From: Patescibacteria group bacterium
GTDB lineage: Bacteria; Patescibacteriota; Patescibacteriia; UBA10025; JAHIVO01
Length of the DNA stretch: 64,000 nt
Assembly (NCBI GenBank): GCA_041650915.1
Contig: JBAZKE010000001.1
Span: 119,770 to 183,769, forward strand
Reading direction: 5' to 3'
The translations under genes were made by a program, and so were the position numbers. The notes under the pieces are model-generated. The model had not been told where the DNA came from. It did not search any database and worked only from the letters and a program-made list of their open reading frames with translations. Below, in pieces: positions 1 to 8,614 of this stretch; position 1 is the stretch's first letter; each line of letters starts with the position of its first letter.

Positions 1-528
1 CAGGGAGTGGTTTTGAGCGCAGCGGACATGTCAGCGGAGGAACGGGCAATTATTGCGGATTTGCACCTGCTCACTATCAAACCCATGCTGTACGTACTGA
101 ATGTAGATGAGGACGCGGCTGCCACCGAGGTGCCCGGGCGCATCGTCATCTGCGCCAAGGTAGAGTCAGAGCTCGCTGAAATGCCGGAAAAAGAAGCAGC
201 GGAGTACCTTCAGACGCTCGGCCTGCAGTTGTCCGGGCTCGACAGGCTTATTGCGGCAGCGTACGAACGTCTCGGGCTCATCACCTTCTTTACCGCCGGT
301 CCGACTGAGGTGCACGCGTGGGCGGTTGAGCGCGGATCTACCGCTCCCCAGGCAGGGGGGAAGATACACTCGGATTTTGAAGAAAAGTTCATACGTGCCG
401 AGGTAATCAGCTGGGAGGACATCGTGCGGTACCGTGGGGAACAGGGTGCAAAAGAGAATGGCAAGATGCGCATTGAAGGCCGTGAGTACGTGATGCAGGA
501 CGGCGATGTCGTGTATATCCGCATTTGA
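1..528 (+). CDS. ychF: Obg-family ATPase YchF, C-terminal part (5' truncated by window edge)
   Basis: LLTIKPMLYVLNVDE, LITFFTAGPTEVHAW, APQAGGKIHSDFE, EGREYVMQDGDVV: typical YchF C-terminal/TGS motifs. Confidence 0.95.
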   Translation, partial: QGVVLSAADMSAEERAIIADLHLLTIKPMLYVLNVDEDAAATEVPGRIVICAKVESELAEMPEKEAAEYLQTLGLQLSGLDRLIAAAYERLGLITFFTAGPTEVHAWAVERGSTAPQAGGKIHSDFEEKFIRAEVISWEDIVRYRGEQGAKENGKMRIEGREYVMQDGDVVYIRI

Positions 529-644
529 GAAAGCTGCCCGGCTGTAGTATACTGGAAGAGGAGGGAGCCGCTCTTTCAAAAATATTTTTCAGCGAGCTCC
601 CGTAACCTTTCTGTGCAGAAAGGAGGCTTATATTAGTATATATT

Positions 645-875
645 CAGGGCGGCGCCTGGACAACCACCTGCTCAGGCGGGCCATGTGGTACGCGCGGATG
701 AAGCTGCGCGCGGTTGCAGGATCCATTGTTTATCCGAAAGGAGGCAACCGTATGATTGCATTGTGTAACCGTCCTCAGCACGGGAGATGAGAGGAGGTGA
801 TCCATTTTTTTGATCCTTGCCGAGCTCCCGGCCTTCCAGGGCATAGGGTAGGGACCCCTAAATACAGAACCCTGG
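645..875 (+). ncRNA. candidate structured non-coding RNA of unknown family
   Basis: Nested complementary segments: caggg 645-649/ccctg 870-874, cctgga 655-660/tccagg 835-840, accac/gtggt, cggttgc/gcaaccg, tcc-gaaa-gga, cgggag/ctcccg; no convincing protein ORF; terminator downstream. Confidence 0.45.
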
Positions 876-931
876 TCGAATGCGATTGGAGGTGATTATC
901 TTCCTCACGAAAGGTATTTTTGCAAAGAATA

Positions 932-961
932 CTGGGGTGCCATTGGCGCCCCAGGTTTTTT
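932..961 (+). terminator. intrinsic terminator
   Basis: ctggggtgcca-t-tggcgccccag hairpin followed by a T run. Confidence 0.7.
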
Positions 962-2199
962 CACGTTTTTTTGAAGATAAAGATTTCCCGCTGTACCTTT
1001 TGGTCGGGGCGTTGGTATATGATGGAGCCGCGTGCGGTCGGGCCTGCCTTTGCGAACAGGGACATTTTTTCAGGAAAGGGGTTGGCCCGGCAGAAGCCCA
1101 TGGCGTGCAGCTGCTCGAGAATTTTAAGGGTGTACACTCCGTGTTCGAGCGTGAAAAGGGGGAACACGATGACGGCCGCTCCACGGGGCTTGAGAATGCT
1201 CGCAAAGGAAGTGAACGCGCTCAGGTATAGCGACTCGAGCTCAGCAATGATTCCGAGCATCTGCTGAGCATCGGCATTTTTGGCATTCGGAGGCCCGAGG
1301 TAGGGCTCGGTTACGATAAGGTCGATTGATCCAGGCGCCAGCTTGCCGGCCAGGTTTTTGACGTCGCACTCGTACAGTTCCGCGCGCGTCGATGCTGCGG
1401 CACCGTATTGGGTCGCGAGCCACGCCAGATTTTTTTTCGTATCCAGCATTGCTTTGCTGCTGATATCGCTCCCGGTAATGTGCCGTACGCCCCGGAGCAG
1501 CGCTTCCTGCAGGATAGTGCCTGAGCCGCAGAACGGGTCGAGCAGACGGCTGTCGCTCCGTACACCGCCCAGGTTGAGCATAATCTTCGCGAGCTTGGGG
1601 GGGAGCATGCCTGAGCGGGCATCTCGGTTTGGCCTGCCGTAGTCCCTGCGCGAGTACTCCTCAAAATCTTGGATCGTGAGCGTCGTCCCGAGGTAGGATG
1701 CGTGGATACCGTTAATGACGAGGATATCGGCACCGCGGTCAAGCACTTTGTTCTTTTCGATCTGAACGCTCGTCAGTGCGCCGTCTTCCGCGGCGATGAA
1801 CCGGCCGGGCAAGCCGCTCCTGCGGATCTGGCGTTTCAGGTCGAGGCCGACGGACTTCAGCTTCGTGCGGTACTGTTTGGATACTTCTCCGTACAACGAG
1901 AACCCGAAAATAACCTTGCGCTCCCCCTGGGCGAGGAGCTGCTTGATGTTTGGCAGGGACAGACCCTCAATGAGCGCATCGAGGTCTTGGTACTGGGAGG
2001 TGACGGAGCCGATCTTTATGCAGCCGCCGAGGGCGTGCTGCCATGCATCGGCATCGATGCCGCCTGAACTGTCGACGATGAGGGCATTGCTTGTCAGGTC
2101 CACTATGGTGAGCCGGACGCCGCAAACAGCCTCGTAGCTGAAAATTTCAGCGAGGGATAGCTGGGGATTTTTGCCTAAGATAAAGCCGTACCGTGCCAT
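961..2199 (-). CDS. TRM11/TrmG10-like SAM-dependent RNA methyltransferase
   Basis: GMLPPKLAKIMLNL, LLDPFCGSGTILQEA (SAM motif I), IVTEPYLG (motif IV); start taken at MARYGFILG. Confidence 0.85.
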   Translation of the reverse strand: MARYGFILGKNPQLSLAEIFSYEAVCGVRLTIVDLTSNALIVDSSGGIDADAWQHALGGCIKIGSVTSQYQDLDALIEGLSLPNIKQLLAQGERKVIFGFSLYGEVSKQYRTKLKSVGLDLKRQIRRSGLPGRFIAAEDGALTSVQIEKNKVLDRGADILVINGIHASYLGTTLTIQDFEEYSRRDYGRPNRDARSGMLPPKLAKIMLNLGGVRSDSRLLDPFCGSGTILQEALLRGVRHITGSDISSKAMLDTKKNLAWLATQYGAAASTRAELYECDVKNLAGKLAPGSIDLIVTEPYLGPPNAKNADAQQMLGIIAELESLYLSAFTSFASILKPRGAAVIVFPLFTLEHGVYTLKILEQLHAMGFCRANPFPEKMSLFAKAGPTARGSIIYQRPDQKVQREIFIFKKT

Positions 2200-2245
2200 A
2201 GTGCTCTTTACCAGTATAGCAGGAGACAGCACGGGAGCGCTATAC

Positions 2246-2366
2246 TTGCACATTTTTTTACGCCATGGTACACTCCACAGTACTAAAAAATGGTACCCTG
2301 CTCATATGCGCTTTCGGCACATGAGGGCAGCTCAACTAACCCTGTACCAGCAGGGCAGTAGGTACT
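2246..2366 (+). promoter_or_regulatory. sigma70 promoter and structured 5' leader of the rpsF operon
   Basis: ttgcac-17-tacact (2246-2274); leader stems gtacc/ggtac, ctcatatgc/gcacatgag, ccctg/caggg. Confidence 0.5.
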
Positions 2367-2379
2367 AACCGAAAGAACA

Positions 2380-2898
2380 ATGGCACAACACTACGAGATT
2401 CTCTTTATTGTCTCTTCGAAGGTTGACGATGCGCAGCTCGAAGGGGTTGTTAAGGGTGTCAGAGAAGAAGTAACGAAGCTCGGCGGACAGATCACTAAAT
2501 CTGAATCGCTCGGCAAACAGAAGCTCGCGTACGAGATCAAGCACCAGCAGTTCGGCACGTACGTTCTGATGGAGTTCGATGCGGAGGGTGGCGCCTACCG
2601 AAAGCTCAATGGCAGCTTGCGCCTGAAGCCGGAAATCATCCGGCACCTCATCGTCCGGAAGCGGGTCAAGACCGCCAGCGAGGTGGCAAAAGAGCAGCGT
2701 ATCCAGGAGAAAGCGGCGGAACGGCGCGCTGCGGAAGCGAGAGAAGTTGAGGAGCAAGATCGCGCTGCGGCACTGCCTGCAGAAAAGAAAGAGCCTATCG
2801 CGCAGCGGAAAGCCGCTGACCGGGCAAAAGAAGAGAAGAAGATAAGCCTCGAAGACCTCGATAAAAAGCTCGACGATATCCTCAAAGAGGAAATTTAA
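2380..2898 (+). CDS. rpsF: 30S ribosomal protein S6 with charged C-terminal extension
   Basis: YEILFIV...LGKQKLAYEIK...IIRHLIVR; rpsF-ssb-rpsR synteny. Confidence 0.95.
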   Translation: MAQHYEILFIVSSKVDDAQLEGVVKGVREEVTKLGGQITKSESLGKQKLAYEIKHQQFGTYVLMEFDAEGGAYRKLNGSLRLKPEIIRHLIVRKRVKTASEVAKEQRIQEKAAERRAAEAREVEEQDRAAALPAEKKEPIAQRKAADRAKEEKKISLEDLDKKLDDILKEEI

Positions 2899-2925
2899 CC
2901 GGCTGCAGCCGCAGGGAACGAACCT

Positions 2926-3363
2926 ATGAATCTCAATAGAGCAATGATCATCGGTAACGTCACGCGTGATCCTGAAGTGAGGTCTACTCCTTCAGGCCAA
3001 AACGTTGTATCGCTCGGCGTGGCGACGAACCGCCGGTGGACCGACCAGTCGGGCCAGAAAAAGGAGCAGGTTGAGTACCACAACGTCGTTGCGTGGCGGA
3101 AATTGGCTGACATCATCGGCCAGTATGTGAAGAAAGGCAGCAAAATATATATAGAAGGGCGGCTGCAAACCCGTTCGTGGGACGACCAGAGCGGAACGAA
3201 GCGGTACCGGACGGAGATTGTAGCGGAGAATATGATTATGCTCGACCGGGCGGGCTCAGTTCCGAGCGGGAGCAACCCGAAGCCGGCATCAAGCAGCGAT
3301 GGTTCCCAGCCGGCGCCTGCGGGGGGAGAACCCGAGATTAACGTTGAAGATATTCCATTCTAA
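2926..3363 (+). CDS. ssb: single-stranded DNA-binding protein
   Basis: LNRAMIIGNVTRDPE, KKGSKIYIEGRLQTRSW, C-terminal DIPF. Confidence 0.97.
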   Translation: MNLNRAMIIGNVTRDPEVRSTPSGQNVVSLGVATNRRWTDQSGQKKEQVEYHNVVAWRKLADIIGQYVKKGSKIYIEGRLQTRSWDDQSGTKRYRTEIVAENMIMLDRAGSVPSGSNPKPASSSDGSQPAPAGGEPEINVEDIPF

Positions 3364-3620
3364 TGAGAAACCGAAACAACAATATGAGATCGAATGCCCA
3401 AAAGGCCGGCATGCTGCGCCAGAAAGAGTGCCACTTCTGCACGAACGGCATGACTGAGATTGACTATAAGGACGCCAAAATGCTCCAGCGTTTCACGTCA
3501 TCATACGCGAAGATACTGCCGCGCAAGAAGACCGGGGTTTGTGCAAAGCACCAGCGGAAGCTCGCCCATGCGATCAAGCGTGCCCGTGTCATGGCAATCA
3601 TCCCATTCACGACACGGTAG
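3363..3620 (+). CDS. rpsR: 30S ribosomal protein S18
   Basis: CHFC...IDYKD...KILPRKKTGVCAKHQRKLAHAIKRAR. Confidence 0.97.
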   Translation: MRNRNNNMRSNAQKAGMLRQKECHFCTNGMTEIDYKDAKMLQRFTSSYAKILPRKKTGVCAKHQRKLAHAIKRARVMAIIPFTTR

Positions 3621-3621
3621 C

Positions 3622-4188
3622 ATGCTCGCCATCAATGATTTAAAAGCAGGAACGTACGTGGTCCTCAACGGTGACCCGTTTGTTATCATGAAGCACAGTT
3701 TCGTAAAGATGGGGCGCGGACAGGGAGTCATGCGCACGACGGTCAGAAATCTGAAGACTGGCAAGACCCTCGAGCAGACATTCAAGGGACAGGATAAGGT
3801 TGAGCAGGCTGACATCAGCAGGTCAAAGGCGAATTATCTGTACGAGGATGGCGGCCAGTTTTTTTTCATGGATGCGGGAACGTATGACCAGTTTTTCATA
3901 ACGAAGGAGCAGCTCGGGGAGGGCCTGGCGCAGTTCCTCAAGGAGAACCTCGAGGTTGACGTCCTCAACTTCAACAAGGTGCCGATCACCGTTGAGCTGC
4001 CGAAAAAAATGACGTACGAGGTTACTTCATCGCCGCCCGGCATACGGGGAGATACGGCGCAGGGCTCAGTCACCAAAAAGGTGACGCTCGAGACTGGCTA
4101 TGTGCTTGATGCGCCGCTCTTCATCGAGCAGGGCGATGTCGTTGAGATCAACACGGAAACAGGCAAATACGTCGGCAAGGCGAACTAA
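3622..4188 (+). CDS. efp: elongation factor P
   Basis: KMGRGQGVMR loop (Arg-type), PPGIRGDTAQG, LETG...PLFIEQGD...INTETGKY. Confidence 0.95.
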   Translation: MLAINDLKAGTYVVLNGDPFVIMKHSFVKMGRGQGVMRTTVRNLKTGKTLEQTFKGQDKVEQADISRSKANYLYEDGGQFFFMDAGTYDQFFITKEQLGEGLAQFLKENLEVDVLNFNKVPITVELPKKMTYEVTSSPPGIRGDTAQGSVTKKVTLETGYVLDAPLFIEQGDVVEINTETGKYVGKAN

Positions 4189-4264
4189 CTTACCGGCACA
4201 GTCTGTACAAAAAAGAGAGAGCCCACCTCGGGAGGCGGGCTCATTGTTAGGGATGTTCGAAATG

Positions 4265-5416
4265 TTACTGTTCGACCCACTGCCTGATTTGGTCCGGAGG
4301 CTGCTTCAGTATCTGAGCCGCAAATTCGGGCGGGACGGGGTTAATGCTCGTCTGAATGAACTCCTCAATTTCAGACGGGAGCTCCGGGAATTGCGGCACG
4401 ATCGTGATCGAGTAGTGGTACATTGATTCGATCATTGATCGTGAGAGCGGTTGGCTCAGGAACCCTGCATCGAGCGTGAAGCGCTCCGGTCCATTCCTGA
4501 GGATGAGGTAATACGGGAATCGGTCACCCAGCAGCGCCCCGAGTTTTGCGACAGAGTCCTGGATGAGCGCCCCGAGCTCCCCGAAGAGTTCAGGAGGAGT
4601 TGCCTCATACTGCGAGTAGTGATCGAGCGGTGTAATGCAGATCGTGAACGGTGACTGGCTCGCGTACGGTACCAACGCGAGAAAATGTTCGGTAGAGCCA
4701 ACGGTGAGCGTTCCTTCCCGTTCAATCCGGATGATATCGCATACCGGACAGCGTTCGTGCTGCATGTAGAAGCGGTAGAGCTGGGGCATTTCGAGCCGCA
4801 GCGCGATCGAGACGTGCGATACGCCTACAATCTGTACGTGCGTGTGGCTCAAGCCGCGCTCACTGACGACACTGTTTCCTCCGATTCCAATGATGAGTTC
4901 GGGGAGCATTATGATGTCGCTCTGATCGTGAATGTGCTTGAGCGAGAGAATCCGTTCTCTGCAGATTCTGAGCGCTGCGGCAAATACTGCGGGAGGAATT
5001 TCGGGCAGCGTGCTCCCGTGATCGGGAAACAGCACGCGTTCGCGCACGCCGAATGGGCTTTTGATGTTGTAGAGCCCCCGGACCCCTTCCCTGATGAGAG
5101 TTTGCGTGACGAGGAAGCTGAGGCCTCGCAATGTGGTAACCCGTATGCCGTCGCGATTCATGATGTCGGGATTGACCGCACCGCAATTCGGAATGCAGAA
5201 GTTGCACCATTCCTCCGGCGGCTGGTGTACCGAAATGCCACCGTGGTTTGCACGGAAAGCAAGGGCGAAGGTACGTACCTTTTCGAGCTGTTCTCCGGCA
5301 TCAGCGCCATCCGGTGGACGTATTGCTGTCCACGTGCCATTGAGCAGGCTCTGCCGCATATGAGATCCATGCAGGCCAACGGCACCGACCGTTGCTGCGA
5401 TATGCGAAGGGCACAT
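4265..5416 (-). CDS. divergent galactose-1-phosphate uridylyltransferase (GalT/HIT superfamily)-like protein
   Basis: CNFC and CPVC Zn motifs, HTHVQI in place of HPHSQI, FLALVPYASQSPF, INPVPPEFAAQIL; SD gaaaggggg upstream. Confidence 0.7.
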   Translation of the reverse strand: MCPSHIAATVGAVGLHGSHMRQSLLNGTWTAIRPPDGADAGEQLEKVRTFALAFRANHGGISVHQPPEEWCNFCIPNCGAVNPDIMNRDGIRVTTLRGLSFLVTQTLIREGVRGLYNIKSPFGVRERVLFPDHGSTLPEIPPAVFAAALRICRERILSLKHIHDQSDIIMLPELIIGIGGNSVVSERGLSHTHVQIVGVSHVSIALRLEMPQLYRFYMQHERCPVCDIIRIEREGTLTVGSTEHFLALVPYASQSPFTICITPLDHYSQYEATPPELFGELGALIQDSVAKLGALLGDRFPYYLILRNGPERFTLDAGFLSQPLSRSMIESMYHYSITIVPQFPELPSEIEEFIQTSINPVPPEFAAQILKQPPDQIRQWVEQ

Positions 5417-5519
5417 ATGGGCCCCCTTTCTATGATAAAATGTTCCCTGTTTATTTCTGTATACAAAAAAGTTTAGCCCTCCGCCGGGACATTTCAGCGT
5501 TTGTGAAATGATCTACGGA

Positions 5520-6653
5520 CTATGCTAAACCAACTTTTTTCTTTATCTGTACCATATTCGCCTGCGCCCGCCTCCTTGCCTTCCTGCTGCCGGCCCTGAG
5601 GATTGATTCGATGCTCTTCGGATTCTTGACGAGTTCAGCGCGTTTTTTCCTGAATTCGACGAATTCAGGAAAGTGGGCAATCTGGTCGGCGAGCAGCTTC
5701 TTGTACACGGAAAACTGGATTGACCCGCCGGTGAGGTCTTTGATGAACCGCCTGCGGTCTACCTTGCTGCCGAAGATGTATAGCAACATGTAGAAATTGA
5801 ACAGAGCCATGAACGTGGCGTACTGCTTGCGGCCGAGCCGTTTTTGAATTGTTGAGAGATCCGCCTCCGAGTGAATTTCCCGGTCCGGCGGGTATTTCTT
5901 TGTGATGTCTTTGAATTCGTCCTTGATTTCTTGGGTATTTTTAAGCAGCGCGCGGATGACGGCATGCTCGCTGCCGGTTGCCGTGGGCATCGCCTTCACC
6001 TTTTTTTCAATGATGTCAGGAGTATCAGCGAGTGCAATATACGACCGGGGGCCGAGGCTCTTCGACATTTTCTTGGTCGGGTCAATGAGGCTCATGATTT
6101 TCGGCGTCGGGGTAACCTTTTCTTTTGGTTCTATGAGCACGTTGCCGTACCTCGCGTTGAAGCTCCGTGCAATTTCACGGGTGAGCTCGAGGTGCGGGAG
6201 CTGGTCGAGGCCCACCGGGACCGTATCCGCTTTATAGATGAGAATATCGGCTGCCATAAGAACGGGATACTCGAGCAATCCGACATTGAGGTTGTGTTTG
6301 AACTGGGCAGCCTTGTCCTTGTACGTCGGGACGCGCTCAAGCCACGCGAGCGGAGTCGTACAGTTGAGAATCCACGCAAGGTCGGTGTGCTCAGGCACAA
6401 GCGACTGGAGCATGATCGTGCTCCGCTTCGGATCGAGCCCGGACGCGAGGAAGTCAACGGCCGTATCGAAGACGCGCTGTTCGAGGTCTTTCGGATCCGG
6501 TCCTTCGGTCAGCGCGTGGTAGTCGACGATGGAAAAGATGCAGGCGTGATTCGTGCTCTTCTGGAGCTTGAGCCACATCTGCATCGCCCCGAAATAGTTG
6601 CCTACATGGAGCTGTCCCGAGGGTTGTATGCCTGAGAAAACGATGTGCTTCAT
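5520..6653 (-). CDS. trpS: tryptophanyl-tRNA synthetase
   Basis: SGIQPSGQLHVGNY (HIGH), YPVLMAADIL, VPVGLDQLPHLE, KMSKS. Confidence 0.97.
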   Translation of the reverse strand: MKHIVFSGIQPSGQLHVGNYFGAMQMWLKLQKSTNHACIFSIVDYHALTEGPDPKDLEQRVFDTAVDFLASGLDPKRSTIMLQSLVPEHTDLAWILNCTTPLAWLERVPTYKDKAAQFKHNLNVGLLEYPVLMAADILIYKADTVPVGLDQLPHLELTREIARSFNARYGNVLIEPKEKVTPTPKIMSLIDPTKKMSKSLGPRSYIALADTPDIIEKKVKAMPTATGSEHAVIRALLKNTQEIKDEFKDITKKYPPDREIHSEADLSTIQKRLGRKQYATFMALFNFYMLLYIFGSKVDRRRFIKDLTGGSIQFSVYKKLLADQIAHFPEFVEFRKKRAELVKNPKSIESILRAGSRKARRRAQANMVQIKKKVGLA

Positions 6654-6671
6654 GCCTTTATGGTAGCACAA

Positions 6672-8402
6672 TTATATCTCGATGACCATCGGCATGACCA
6701 TCGGCCGGCGCTCTGTTTTGGTGAACAAGAATTGGCCGATCTGGTCGCGGATTTTATTCTTGATGTATACGTCGTCTGCCTGGGCGCGCGGCTCCTTGTC
6801 GATGCAAATCTTCTTGACCTTTGCACGGACCTGCTTGAGAAGCTCTCTGCTCTCCTTCATGTAGATGAAACCGCGCGAGATAATGTCCGGTTCGCCGATA
6901 AGGCTGCCGGTTTTCCCGTCGATGGTTACGACGATCATGAAAATGCCGTCCGCCGCGAGCATCTGCCGGTCGCGCAGTACGACGTTCGAGACGTCGCCGA
7001 CGCCGAGGCCATCCACAAACACGTAGTCCGTCGGCACCTTCTTCGGGAGCACCCGCGCTTTTTTATTCTGCAGCTCGAGCGTGCTGCCGTTGTCGAGCAC
7101 GAAAATGCCATTGCGCGGAAATCTGTTTTTCCGTTCGACGAGCTTCGCAGCCTCCCGGAGCATGTAGTGGTTTGCGTATACGGGCAGGAAAAAGGATGGT
7201 CGGATTTGCCGCACGATCTCCACGATATCTTCCGCATTGCTGTGCCCGCCTGAGTGCACGTCCATGATTTCTGTATGGATGACGTTATCGCAGAGCCGGT
7301 ACAGGTTGTCTTTGAGCCGTTGGATGGTTCGTTCATTGCCGGGGATGACGGAAGATGAAAATACGACCGTATCCTGGCGTTTGAGCTTGATAAAGCGGTG
7401 GTCGCCGGTTACGATACGCGAGAGCACGGCATTGCCTTCTCCCTGGGCGCCCGTGCAGAGGATGATGAGGTTCCTGTCGGGGATGGAGTTTGCTTGCCGT
7501 ATATCGATGAGGGTCTTTTTTCCTACCTTAATATAGCCGAGTTCTTTTGCGATATCGACATTCATTTTCATGCTGAAGCCATCGAGCGCGACCTTCTTAT
7601 TGATTTTTTTTGCGTACTCAATCACCTGGCGGATTCGCTCGAGCTGGGAAGAGAACGTGCCGATGATAATCCTGCCCGGGGCCTCCCGCATGAGCTTCTC
7701 GAGGTTGCCGTACATGATGTGTTCCGGCGTGCGGAGCGTCCGCGATGTCGCACCGAGGCTCTCGAGCATGAGTATGGTCGGCCGGGGAAGCTTGGCGAGG
7801 TGGTGGTACGTGACTGCGGCCCTTCCGACCGGCTTTTTCTCGTACGTCCAGTCGCCGGGATGGATGACCGTGCCCTGCGGCGTGAGGATTGAGACGCCGA
7901 CCGCGTCCATGATCGAGTGGTCAACCTGGAAGAATTTTACCGAGAACTTGCCGAGCTTGACCGTATCCTGAATGGATTTGACCACGATTGTTTTCAGTTT
8001 TTTTGATGAACCTTTCGCGTGGTCTTCGAGCCTGCGTTTGATGAGGGCAAGCGTCAGGGGGCGGCCGATGATTACCGGGTAGCCGAGCTTCTCGAGCAGC
8101 AGTGGCGCCGCGCCGATATGGTCGAGGTGCCCGTGCGAGAAGATGATGCCACGCACTTTGCTTTCTCTGCCTTTCAGTGAGCTGATATTCGGGATGATGT
8201 AGTCGATGCCCGGCATATCTTCTTCGGGAAACTGTATGCCCATGTCCAGTATGACAATATCGCCGTCGTACTCGTACACGGTCATGTTCCGCCCGACTTC
8301 TTCCTGGCCCCCGAGGGGTGTTATGCGGAGCGGCTGCCTGGGATTGCCCCCTCCCCTGTGTTTTTTCATAGGATGATTTTGTTTTTTTTGTTTGATATCC
8401 AT
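6672..8402 (-). CDS. rnj: ribonuclease J
   Basis: PLGGQEEVGRNM, SHGHLDHIG, HSGGH, VDGLGVGDV, TERRPMVMP; alternative start 8369. Confidence 0.97.
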   Translation of the reverse strand: MDIKQKKQNHPMKKHRGGGNPRQPLRITPLGGQEEVGRNMTVYEYDGDIVILDMGIQFPEEDMPGIDYIIPNISSLKGRESKVRGIIFSHGHLDHIGAAPLLLEKLGYPVIIGRPLTLALIKRRLEDHAKGSSKKLKTIVVKSIQDTVKLGKFSVKFFQVDHSIMDAVGVSILTPQGTVIHPGDWTYEKKPVGRAAVTYHHLAKLPRPTILMLESLGATSRTLRTPEHIMYGNLEKLMREAPGRIIIGTFSSQLERIRQVIEYAKKINKKVALDGFSMKMNVDIAKELGYIKVGKKTLIDIRQANSIPDRNLIILCTGAQGEGNAVLSRIVTGDHRFIKLKRQDTVVFSSSVIPGNERTIQRLKDNLYRLCDNVIHTEIMDVHSGGHSNAEDIVEIVRQIRPSFFLPVYANHYMLREAAKLVERKNRFPRNGIFVLDNGSTLELQNKKARVLPKKVPTDYVFVDGLGVGDVSNVVLRDRQMLAADGIFMIVVTIDGKTGSLIGEPDIISRGFIYMKESRELLKQVRAKVKKICIDKEPRAQADDVYIKNKIRDQIGQFLFTKTERRPMVMPMVIEI

Positions 8403-8479
8403 AGAGTGTTTATATGTTTCATTGTTACAGAATAATGGTTAATAGTGAGAAATCGTGCTGTTCTGCCTGCCTGCGCCCA

Positions 8480-8563
8480 TGCCGAGAGGGAGACTTGAAC
8501 TCCCATGGGATTGCTCCCACACGGCCCTGAACCGTGCGCGTCTACCAGTTCCGCCATCTCGGC
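8480..8563 (-). tRNA. tRNA-Leu(CAG)
   Basis: Reverse strand GCCGAGATGGCGGAACTGGTAGACGCGCACGGTTCAGGGCCGTG...GGGAGTTCAAGTCTCCCTCTCGGCA; cloverleaf with long variable arm. Confidence 0.95.
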
Positions 8564-8614
8564 GCATGCATCGGCAGGCAGCACTGCCTGTTCTCTTGTT
8601 TCAGTTAAAGAGAG

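Noticed and set aside
644-844. 66-aa minus-strand ORF and a 16S-like ggatcacctcct on the minus strand
   Set aside because: No protein family resemblance, and only 12 nt match the 16S end, so it is not an rRNA gene.
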